A stretch of 64,000 nt of DNA from an uncultured Dehalococcoidales bacterium. Its GTDB lineage: Bacteria > Chloroflexota > Dehalococcoidia > Dehalococcoidales > CAZFRL01. Positions 56,139 to 64,000 of the stretch are shown here, piece after piece; positions within the stretch are counted from its first letter, which is position 1; each line of letters starts with the position of its first letter. Both the position numbers and the translations under genes were made by a program. The stretch spans positions 13,383 through 77,382 of the forward strand of contig CAZFRL010000001.1 of NCBI GenBank assembly GCA_964521325.1, read 5' to 3'. The notes below the pieces were generated by a model. It was not told the DNA's origin and did not search any database. It saw only the letters and a program-made list of their open reading frames with translations.

Positions 56139-56766
56139 GTTCTACCGGGGGCAAGAGGTAAAGTTCATCTCACACCTGGACATGATGCGCTTATGGCAGA
56201 GAGCGTTTCGCCGGGCGGGGGTATCATTAGCCTACTCGCAGGGGTTTAGCCCCCAGCCCCGAATATCACTGGCCTTGCCCTTGGCCGTAGGCGTAACCAG
56301 TGAAGTTGAGCTAATGGATATTTTTACCGCCAAATGGGTTTCCCCACATGGTTTCACCACTGCTGTGAGCCAGCAGCTACCGCCTGGCATTAATATATTT
56401 CAGGTATATCAAATACCACCAGCAATGCCATCTTTACAATCACAGGTTGTTTATGCCGAATATAAGGTTGAAGTGGAAACCGAAAAAGGGCAAAAGGATA
56501 TAGAGGCGGGGCTTATCTCTTTGCTCTCGGTAAAGCACTTGCCATGGCAACATCAGAGGGATACCGGCACGCGAAACTACGACCTGAGGGCTTTAATTGA
56601 TGACCTGTGGCTTGTTGATTGGCGTAGTGGATGTTGCACTATCGGTATGAGGTTACGTTGTGATAGCCGTGGTTCAGGCAGACCAGAGCAGGTTACCGCC
56701 GCTCTAGGTTTTGACCATCAGCCACAATCTATACATCGCACCAAACTTATTCTAAAAACAAGTTAG
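56119..56766 (+). CDS. DUF2344 (TIGR03936) radical-SAM-associated protein, stand-alone
   Basis: RVRFYRGQEVKFISHLDMMRLWQRAFRRAGVSLAYSQGFSPQPRISLALPLAVG is the family signature. Confidence 0.7.
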   Translation: MQRLRVRFYRGQEVKFISHLDMMRLWQRAFRRAGVSLAYSQGFSPQPRISLALPLAVGVTSEVELMDIFTAKWVSPHGFTTAVSQQLPPGINIFQVYQIPPAMPSLQSQVVYAEYKVEVETEKGQKDIEAGLISLLSVKHLPWQHQRDTGTRNYDLRALIDDLWLVDWRSGCCTIGMRLRCDSRGSGRPEQVTAALGFDHQPQSIHRTKLILKTS

Positions 56767-56768
56767 CA

Positions 56769-57944
56769 TTGAATATGTCCCAGTCCGATGCAAACTCTGC
56801 AGGTGAGCCAGCCCTAGACCAGTTAAGGCAGGTAAAGGCAAGAAAATACGCTAAGTCCAGGCGATACCTAGCCATCGGTAACTTGTCACTAGCTGGTGTT
56901 TTGTTGCTGCTCTTGGTGTTCGGTGGCCTTTCCCTAAGGCTAACCGGGTTGTTTAATTTACCGACAGTCCCGTTAGCCGTTGTTTACTTTGCTATTCTGG
57001 TGGTAGCCTACGAAGTGCTGTCAGCACCGCTAAGCTACTACCAGGGCTTTGTCCTGCCTCACCGCTACGGACTGTCCATTCAAAGATTTAATGGCTGGTT
57101 AGGTGATGAAGCCAAGACCGGGGTAATAAGCCTGACACTTGGCGCCGGGATTGTAGCTGCTGTCTACTGGTTTATTACTAGCTTCCCACAGATGTGGTGG
57201 CTGCTTAGCTGGGCTCTGATAATTTTACTCAGCTTGATACTGGCCAATCTAGCCCCGCGTATTATAGGTGCCCTCTTCTTCAAGATGACGCCTCTCAGTG
57301 ATACCGACCTTAAGCTAAGGCTGGAGCAACTGGCACAGCGAGCCGGAACGAATGTCAGTGGTGTCTATACTATCGAGTTGAGCAGTAAAGGCACTATGGC
57401 TAATGCCGCTTTGATGGGATTGGGTAATACCAAACGGATTGTTCTCAGCGATACCTTACTCCAGCGATATTCACCGCCAGAGATTGAAATAATCACCGCC
57501 CATGAGCTAGGGCACTACCTCCATAACGATATTTTCAGGCTCTTTGTTGTCCAGTCAGCTATATGGTTGGTCGGGTTCTACGTCACAGACATTGCCTTGA
57601 GAGTCAGTGTGGTGCCTCTGGGTTTTAATAGCATATCGGATGTGGCCGCTCTGCCGTTGCTGATGCTCATATTTGCTGTCTTCAGCTTGCTGGTAGCACC
57701 CCTGGCCCGTGCTTATAGTCGTCACCGGGAAGTGGCTGCCGATGAGTATGCCTTGAGGTTGACTGATGACCCCAAATCGTTTATTAATGCTATGACTAGG
57801 CTTACTGACCAGAATCTGTCTGTGGCGCAACCCAGCCGCTGGGTAGAGCTTTTACTATATAACCATCCCAGTTACAGTAAGCGGGTAGAGCATGCCCGCT
57901 ACTATTCATCACACAGCCTCAACCGACAAGGCGAAGGTAATTAG
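56769..57944 (+). CDS. M48-family (Ste24/HtpX-like) membrane zinc metalloprotease
   Basis: TAHELGHY HExxH motif and multi-TM N-terminal half. Confidence 0.75.
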   Translation: MNMSQSDANSAGEPALDQLRQVKARKYAKSRRYLAIGNLSLAGVLLLLLVFGGLSLRLTGLFNLPTVPLAVVYFAILVVAYEVLSAPLSYYQGFVLPHRYGLSIQRFNGWLGDEAKTGVISLTLGAGIVAAVYWFITSFPQMWWLLSWALIILLSLILANLAPRIIGALFFKMTPLSDTDLKLRLEQLAQRAGTNVSGVYTIELSSKGTMANAALMGLGNTKRIVLSDTLLQRYSPPEIEIITAHELGHYLHNDIFRLFVVQSAIWLVGFYVTDIALRVSVVPLGFNSISDVAALPLLMLIFAVFSLLVAPLARAYSRHREVAADEYALRLTDDPKSFINAMTRLTDQNLSVAQPSRWVELLLYNHPSYSKRVEHARYYSSHSLNRQGEGN

Positions 57945-59360
57945 ATGCAACAACAGCTAGAGCAGAGGGTGCTAGGTTTCATCCGGGAAAATCAACTGGT
58001 ATCAAGCCAGCAGAAGTTGCTGGTGGCAGTATCCGGTGGTCCGGATTCAGTCTGTCTAATCTATATCCTGGCTAAGCTCCAGGAAGAGCTTGACATAAGG
58101 CTACACGTGGCTCATCTTAATCATCAACTGCGAGGTGCTGAGTCTGAGGCTGATGCCCGGTATGTTTCCGACTTAGCCCACCGCCTCGGTATTCCAGCTA
58201 CCGTGGACCAGCGTGATGTAAAGGCGTATCAAGCCCAGCAACACCTTTCGTTAGAGGAAGCCGCCCGTGAGGTACGATATGCCTTTCTGGCTCAGGTAGC
58301 CAGGTTTATCGGGGCTAACCGAGTGGCAGTGGGGCATACTATTGACGACCATATAGAGACTATACTGATGCATCTAATTCGGGGAACAGGGATCACGGGG
58401 CTTCGTGGACTGCAATCGGGTAGCCTGTGGCAGTCTTTAGAGGATAGTCTTACTGTAGTAAGACCTCTCCTGGCGGTAAGCCGACAGGAAACAGCCAGCT
58501 ATTGTCATGACCACCAGCTTATGCCCAGGCTTGATGCCTCCAACCTGTCATTATCTTCACTAAGAAACCGGATTCGTCATCAGCTCCTGCCTCTGCTACA
58601 GAGTTATAACCCGCGAGTGGCTGATGCCTTGCTCCGAACTGCCCGCATGGCTGGTGATGACCTTGCCTTTATTGATAAAGAAATTGCCTCATTATGGGGT
58701 GAAATTGTCCAGGAACAAGAAAAGGCGATTATTTTAGATAAGGAAAGGTTTCTTGAGTTACCTTCCACCCTGCAACGATACCTGCTCCGGGCAGTCATAG
58801 AAAGGCTGTTGGGCAATCTTAAGGATATTGAGGTGCGTCACATTGAAGAAATAATGGGTGTCTTAACCAAGCCGGCAGGGAAAAGAATCAGCCTGCCCGG
58901 GGGCTTAATCTTTTCCATTGAATATGATAAATACCTGGTAAGTCCAGACCCGGCGGCTGTATCTCCCTTCCCAGCACTAAGCGGTGAATTCCGACTAAAG
59001 ATACCGGGTGAGACACTGCTACCCGGCTGGCGCGTGGAAGCGAGCATTATAAACCGGGAACAGATGGGCGAGGCAGATGAGGACTTTGTCGCCTACTTTG
59101 ACCTTGATAAAGCTGGTGATAAATTGATGGTGCGCTCTCGCCAGCCCGGTGACAGGTTTCAGCCACTGGGCTTGAGCCAGCCCAAGAAGCTGGGCGAGTT
59201 TATGATTGATACCAAAATCCCTCAAGCTTGGCGTCAGCGAGTCCCAATCGTCTGTTCACCCGAGCATATCCTGTGGGTTGTTGGCTGGCGCATAGATGAC
59301 CGGGTAAAGGTTACCGAAAGCACTAGCCAGATTCTATGTCTGAAATTTGAGCAGCGCTAA
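57945..59360 (+). CDS. tilS: tRNA(Ile)-lysidine synthase
   Basis: PP-loop VAVSGGPDSVCL, GHTIDD, and a C-terminal TilS substrate domain. Confidence 0.9.
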   Translation: MQQQLEQRVLGFIRENQLVSSQQKLLVAVSGGPDSVCLIYILAKLQEELDIRLHVAHLNHQLRGAESEADARYVSDLAHRLGIPATVDQRDVKAYQAQQHLSLEEAAREVRYAFLAQVARFIGANRVAVGHTIDDHIETILMHLIRGTGITGLRGLQSGSLWQSLEDSLTVVRPLLAVSRQETASYCHDHQLMPRLDASNLSLSSLRNRIRHQLLPLLQSYNPRVADALLRTARMAGDDLAFIDKEIASLWGEIVQEQEKAIILDKERFLELPSTLQRYLLRAVIERLLGNLKDIEVRHIEEIMGVLTKPAGKRISLPGGLIFSIEYDKYLVSPDPAAVSPFPALSGEFRLKIPGETLLPGWRVEASIINREQMGEADEDFVAYFDLDKAGDKLMVRSRQPGDRFQPLGLSQPKKLGEFMIDTKIPQAWRQRVPIVCSPEHILWVVGWRIDDRVKVTESTSQILCLKFEQR

Positions 59361-60153
59361 TCTCTGGTTCGGCTAATTCTGGCGTCTTTCTCCAGCGGAG
59401 CCACAGAGCTCCACCTGTTACCAGCAGTGCCCAGACAGCGACAAATATTTCCAGGTGGATGGCTGTCATTAGCCCCATTTGTAGAGGAATAACGCTGTAG
59501 TTCAAGAAGGCATGCAGAAAAGAGGCTATAAGATAGAACTGCCAGCCCCAACCTTTAGCCAGACCATACCCAGCCAGAGCGCTGGAAGCAGTATGAAAGG
59601 CTACAGTAAAGAATCTCTCCCAGAATGGAGCCAGTGCTGTCAGCCCTCCGGTTTGCACCAATTCCCAGCTCCAGCCGGAGGCAAAGACGAGGTTATGTGC
59701 CCACAGTGCCTCAAAAATGCCAAGTCCCAGCCCGGCTACAGCTCCGATAATCAGCCCCAGTTTAGGGTCAATATTTTTGCCCTTACGCCACCAGTAGACA
59801 ACCACCGGTATGAGCTTTGACCCTTCCTGGACCAATCCACTGAGGAGTATTTGGGGTATCCCGGCAAACAGGAGCGAGCTCACTAGAATTTCCTGACTCC
59901 AGAAGTGACTTAATGCCTGCCCGGCCCAGAGTTGCAGCGGAATTTGAACAAACGAAACAGCAATCCAGCTCACAATGGCACCACCGACGAGAACCGCCCA
60001 AGCCCATGGTTTCTTGAATATTGGCGTCCAGTAGGGAGCAAACCAGAATGCGCCAAATGCTATAGCCAGCCCAACCCCCAAGAGCAGTTTTGTCCACGGG
60101 AGACCAGGGTAGATAAACCCGGAGACAAAGAAACCAATCATTCTTTCTATCAT
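59323..60153 (-). CDS. Polytopic membrane protein, possibly a PrsW/YhfC-like intramembrane protease
   Basis: About 8 TM. LVQEGSKL, FHTASSAL and FLHAFLNY loosely recall ExxxK / HxxxN motifs; weak. Confidence 0.35.
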   Translation of the reverse strand: MIERMIGFFVSGFIYPGLPWTKLLLGVGLAIAFGAFWFAPYWTPIFKKPWAWAVLVGGAIVSWIAVSFVQIPLQLWAGQALSHFWSQEILVSSLLFAGIPQILLSGLVQEGSKLIPVVVYWWRKGKNIDPKLGLIIGAVAGLGLGIFEALWAHNLVFASGWSWELVQTGGLTALAPFWERFFTVAFHTASSALAGYGLAKGWGWQFYLIASFLHAFLNYSVIPLQMGLMTAIHLEIFVAVWALLVTGGALWLRWRKTPELAEPEISAAQISDIESG

Positions 60154-60183
60154 AGTATTTTCCTTTATTTGGTAATAATTAGT

Positions 60184-61713
60184 TTACATTATACGCTTTA
60201 GCCTGGGGTTAGGGGTAATGCCGGGGATTCTGCCCCTTTTAGCTACTGGTTTTCCTTCTATCTGGTGCAGGTCAGCGGTAAAATCAATGGGCTTGGCATC
60301 ACTGATATAGCTGCCGACACCAAAGCCGTCAACCGGAGCCCCATTTTCAATAAAGTAGGTAATACGCTCCGGGTCAATGCCGCCACTAACAAAAATGCCT
60401 ACCTTGTTGAAGCCGGCTAAGTCCAATCTGGCCCTTACCTCCTTGACCAGGTCAGTGGTAACCCCACCCCGCTCGCCCGGGGTATCAAGCCGAACTGAAT
60501 TAAGCTTCTCCCCCAGTGCTTGAGCCACCAGCAGGCTTTCTTCAGCCTCATCCTTAAAAGTATCAACCAGAGACACGCGAGGCACATCAGCCGGCATATA
60601 TTTATCAAAGGCTAGGGTAGCCTTAACCGTATCACCCATAATTATAATCAGGGCGTGGGGCATGGTCCCTGATGGTGTAATGCCAGCCAGCTTAGCGCCA
60701 GCTATACTGGAGCAACCGGCACAGCCACCAACCATAGCTGAATAATCCATTACTCCGGCAACTAATGGGTGAACATGGCGGGCACCAAAGCTGATGATTG
60801 GTATCCCCTTGGCTGCTTCCACGCACTCTCTAGCTACTGTTGCCCAACCACTACAGTAGGCTAGAATCCCATCTATGGCTGTTTCATATAGTCCATAGCT
60901 CTGGTAGGGAGCAGTTATACGCAATACCACTTCCTTCTTCTTCATTTCCTTACCCTCAGCCAGAGCCCATACCTCCCTGTTGGCCTCAGGTAAAACCTTA
61001 TTTAGCAGAGCCTTGACCTCTTCCATGCCACAGAGTATCCCGGCTTGCCTGGGGAATATCTCCATGGTGGCTACCGGGTTAAGTGCCTCATGACGCAATA
61101 TATCTATGGTGTTGGCAAAGTAAATATCGGCTGTCTCTCCAGACAAGACAGCCTCACCGGGCTCGAATTTAGGTAGCTGAATTTGGCTAACGTTGGTATT
61201 GGTTAGCTTTGCCCCGAGGGTCTTTTCCATATGTTCCAGGGCAGGGTAGTGTGCCTTTTCATTGAAGGTGGTAACGCAGTCAACGGGCACCTCTACCTGA
61301 TAGTCCTTGTTTCTGGCGTAGGCCACCGTGTGCAATACACAAATATCAGTGCAGACACCACAAACAATAACCTTCTCTGGCTTGAGCTCAAGCAACTTCT
61401 CCTCAAGGGGTGTATCAAAGAAGGCACTTAACTTCCTTTTGGGTATTACCTCGCCCTGGTATTGGGCTAATTCCGGGATGAGCTCTGTCTCGACAGTTCC
61501 CTCAATGCAGTGGGGAGGAAACATTTTGAATTCGGGGTCATCGGGAGCATGGTGGTCACAAAGGAAGAATACCTTGGAACCTCGGGCGAGCTCTTGTTCT
61601 AGGAGGGATTGCACCTTAGGAATTATGCGGCGGGCTCTATTACCACAATATAAAGGATGGCCCGCCTCCAGGAAGCCCCTGACCATATCCAGAACTAAAA
61701 TCGCATTAGCCAT
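60184..61713 (-). CDS. Fusion protein: nicotinamidase (PncA, isochorismatase fold) + nicotinate phosphoribosyltransferase (archaeal-type PncB)
   Basis: The N-terminal ~175 aa carry VLDM (Asp), CDHH...PPHC metal site, KRKLSAFF (Lys) and VCGVCTDICV (Cys). The C-terminal ~330 aa form a type II PRTase barrel (GARHVHP, GTMPHALI, VRLDTPGERGG, VSGGID). Confidence 0.75.
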   Translation of the reverse strand: MANAILVLDMVRGFLEAGHPLYCGNRARRIIPKVQSLLEQELARGSKVFFLCDHHAPDDPEFKMFPPHCIEGTVETELIPELAQYQGEVIPKRKLSAFFDTPLEEKLLELKPEKVIVCGVCTDICVLHTVAYARNKDYQVEVPVDCVTTFNEKAHYPALEHMEKTLGAKLTNTNVSQIQLPKFEPGEAVLSGETADIYFANTIDILRHEALNPVATMEIFPRQAGILCGMEEVKALLNKVLPEANREVWALAEGKEMKKKEVVLRITAPYQSYGLYETAIDGILAYCSGWATVARECVEAAKGIPIISFGARHVHPLVAGVMDYSAMVGGCAGCSSIAGAKLAGITPSGTMPHALIIIMGDTVKATLAFDKYMPADVPRVSLVDTFKDEAEESLLVAQALGEKLNSVRLDTPGERGGVTTDLVKEVRARLDLAGFNKVGIFVSGGIDPERITYFIENGAPVDGFGVGSYISDAKPIDFTADLHQIEGKPVAKRGRIPGITPNPRLKRIM

Positions 61714-61737
61714 AGTTCTGATTTCCCAATTAACGGC

Positions 61738-63282
61738 TTAATGTCTAAAATGCCTGATACCGGTAAAGACCATAGCTATATTATTCTTATTAGCTGCCTT
61801 AATCGAGTCTTCGTCTCTTATTGAACCGCCGGGCTGGATAATGGCGGTTACCCCAGCTGCCGCTGCTGCCTCTACAACATCAGGGAAGGGGAACATAGCA
61901 TCCGAAGCCAGAACACCGCCCTTGGTTTTGTCTCCAGCCTTCTCTTTAGCTACTTGGGCACTGACAATACGACTGGGTTGTCCCGCCCCCATCCCCAGGA
62001 GTGTCTTATCCTTAACCAGCAAAATAGCGTTTGACTTTACGTGCTTGACCGCCCGCCAGGCAAAGAGTAAATCTTTTACTTCGGCTGGCGTTGGCTCACG
62101 ATTAGTTACCGTTTTCAGGCTAACACTATCCTCAGGTAGAGAATCAGAGCTCTGGATAAGAAACCCGCCCTTGACCCGACGGAAATCAAGGTAGCCCGGT
62201 TCAATCTTGCCATAGCCGGGTGGTAGCTCAGCAACGAGAATACGCAAGTTTTTCTTTTGCTTCAATACTTCCAGAGCCTTAGCCTCATACTCAGGAGCAA
62301 TAACTATCTCATAAAAGGTCTTATCAATTTCTTCGGCAGTAGCCAGGTCAATAGCTCTATTGGAAGCAACAATGCCGCCGAAGGCAGCTACCGGATCACC
62401 ACTTAGCGCTCGCCGGTAGGCTTCGGTGATGTCTTCATGGCTGGCCAGGCCACAGGGATTGGTATGCTTGATAACAGCCACCGTAGGCGCAGAAAAGTCA
62501 GTAACTACTCCCCAGGCAGCATCGGCGTCCAGAATATTATTAAATGAAAGCTCCTTGCCCCCTAACTGCTCAGCCCAGGTGATACCAGTTGCCTTCTTTT
62601 CACCAACCGCCGGCTCAGCGTAGAAGGCAGCCTGCTGGTGGGGATTCTCACCATAGCGAAGTCCATAGCGCTTCTTTAAGGCAATGGTCATATCCTCGGG
62701 GAAGCCTTCCGTATCCTGCCTCAGGTACTGGGCAATAGCTGTATCATAAACGGCTACATGCTGGAAAGCTTTCTGAGCCAGCCTCTTTCGCTCAGCTAGT
62801 TCTATGCTCCCCTGCTTCAATTTCTCCACAACCGGCTGGTAATCAGCCGGGTCTACTACTACGATAACACTGGCAAAATTCTTAGCCGCTGCCCGAATCA
62901 TGCTTGGACCACCAATGTCAATATTCTCCACCGCTTCGTCCTGGGTGACACCTTCCTTGGATACAGTCTGGACAAAGGGGTAGAGGTTAACCGCAATCAG
63001 GTCAATAGGCTCAATGGTATGCTCGGCTAGCTGTGACATATGTTCAGGAAGGTCACGTCTAGCTAGAATGCCGCCATAAACAATCGGGTGCAGAGTCTTT
63101 ACCCTGCCATCGAGAATCTCAGGAAACCCGGTAAGCCCGGAGACGCTTTTCACCGGCACCCCAGCCTTTTCCAATGCCTTTTGAGTGCCGCCGGTGCTAA
63201 ATATTTCAAACCCCAACTGACTTAAGTCTTTGGCAAAGTCGGTCACGCCACTCTTGTCAGATACACTAATAATAGCTCGCAT
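61738..63282 (-). CDS. purH: Bifunctional AICAR transformylase / IMP cyclohydrolase
   Basis: MRAIISVSDKSG..., GGTQKAL, VVVDPADY, IKHTNPCG and GQPSR. Confidence 0.95.
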   Translation of the reverse strand: MRAIISVSDKSGVTDFAKDLSQLGFEIFSTGGTQKALEKAGVPVKSVSGLTGFPEILDGRVKTLHPIVYGGILARRDLPEHMSQLAEHTIEPIDLIAVNLYPFVQTVSKEGVTQDEAVENIDIGGPSMIRAAAKNFASVIVVVDPADYQPVVEKLKQGSIELAERKRLAQKAFQHVAVYDTAIAQYLRQDTEGFPEDMTIALKKRYGLRYGENPHQQAAFYAEPAVGEKKATGITWAEQLGGKELSFNNILDADAAWGVVTDFSAPTVAVIKHTNPCGLASHEDITEAYRRALSGDPVAAFGGIVASNRAIDLATAEEIDKTFYEIVIAPEYEAKALEVLKQKKNLRILVAELPPGYGKIEPGYLDFRRVKGGFLIQSSDSLPEDSVSLKTVTNREPTPAEVKDLLFAWRAVKHVKSNAILLVKDKTLLGMGAGQPSRIVSAQVAKEKAGDKTKGGVLASDAMFPFPDVVEAAAAAGVTAIIQPGGSIRDEDSIKAANKNNIAMVFTGIRHFRH

Positions 63283-63304
63283 AAATACCTCCCACTTATC
63301 CTAG

Positions 63305-64000
63305 CTAATCGATAATTACCCTTGCCTTCCCCGTCTGCTCTACCACCTCACCAATGACCTTAGCCTCAGGTAGGGCTGTTGTAAGCTGGTCAACATTGTC
63401 AGGTGAGCAAATAACAACCATACCAATACCCATATTAAACACACGATACATCTCGTCTCGAGCCACATTGCCTCGTTGCTGAATAAGCTGGAAAATAGGG
63501 GGTATAGTCCATGCCTGACTACGGAACTGTGTTGCCAGGCCCTGAGGCAGAATCCTGGGCACATTATCAATCAAGCCGCCGCCGGTGATATGTGCCATGC
63601 CTTTAATAACCGGCAGTAGTGGCTTCAACTGGTGATAGTAGCAGTGGTGAGGCTCCAGAAGCTCCTCACCCAGGGTTCGACCTAACTCAGGGTAGCGGGT
63701 GTTTAATGCTGATTGGCTAATGCCAAAGAGCTGGCGCACCAGGGAATAACCGTTAGTATGCAGCCCGCTGGAGGGTAAGCCAATGGCGGTGTCGCCAACC
63801 ACAATTGTTTTCCCCATAATAAGCTTTTCTTTCTCAACCACCCCAATTATAAAACCTGCCAGGTCATAATCCTCCCTGGCGTATAGGCCGGGCATCTCTG
63901 CCGTTTCACCACCAATGAGAGCACAGCCTGCGTCACGGCAAGCTTGAGCCAGCCCTTGAGCAATAGCTTCCACCGGCTCTGGTACCAGCTTACCCATAGC
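63305..64000 (-). CDS. purM: Phosphoribosylformylglycinamidine cyclo-ligase (N-terminus beyond window)
   Basis: CALIGGETAEMPGLY, GLPSSGLHTNGYSL and HITGGG. The reading frame stays open to the window edge. Confidence 0.9.
   Translation of the reverse strand, partial: AMGKLVPEPVEAIAQGLAQACRDAGCALIGGETAEMPGLYAREDYDLAGFIIGVVEKEKLIMGKTIVVGDTAIGLPSSGLHTNGYSLVRQLFGISQSALNTRYPELGRTLGEELLEPHHCYYHQLKPLLPVIKGMAHITGGGLIDNVPRILPQGLATQFRSQAWTIPPIFQLIQQRGNVARDEMYRVFNMGIGMVVICSPDNVDQLTTALPEAKVIGEVVEQTGKARVIID

Overview
All calls come from reading the sequence and ORF track by eye; no BLAST, HMM or statistics were run. The window looks like a gene-dense stretch of an anaerobic bacterial chromosome. It carries bacterial housekeeping genes (aspS-tig-clpP, dprA-topA-xerC, pepP-efp, tsaD, tilS, purH, purM) and several canonical sigma70-type promoters. 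The lineage cannot be set from sequence alone; a Chloroflexota/Dehalococcoidia-like origin is only a guess. Between the core genes sit several modules. (1) 3.7-6.4 kb: a metal(loid) cluster of cutA, a YHS-containing ArsP-type permease, arsM and arsR with an operator. (2) 6.4-10.9 kb: a string of sulfide-dependent, archaeal-style biosynthesis genes (COG1900 + NIL-ferredoxin + UPF0280 for homocysteine, then nadA and a non-suicide Thi4). (3) 15.8-19.3 kb: a tight operon of unknown pathway (PHP, formyltransferase-like, HAD-like, PfkB). (4) 26.8-41.8 kb: the most unusual region, bounded by an intact tRNA-Ser(CGA) and a 48-nt copy of its 3' half. It holds a NarL-type two-component system, an orphan MrpD/NuoN-like membrane subunit, and a seven-gene translationally coupled Hdr-like locus. 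That locus has three divergent HdrA paralogues (one with a GltD/NfnB-like insert), two HdrD-type subunits, MvhD and a stand-alone RAM-domain protein. A ~140-bp element occurs three times around this locus and lacks a normal sigma70 promoter. (5) 41.8-52.2 kb: a CaCA antiporter and a complete A/V-type ATPase operon in archaeal gene order (H-I-K-E-C-F-A-B-D), with a Na+-type c-subunit signature and a trailing archaeal UPF0216/DUF61 gene. No CRISPR array, rRNA, transposase or integrase (other than xerC) was seen.
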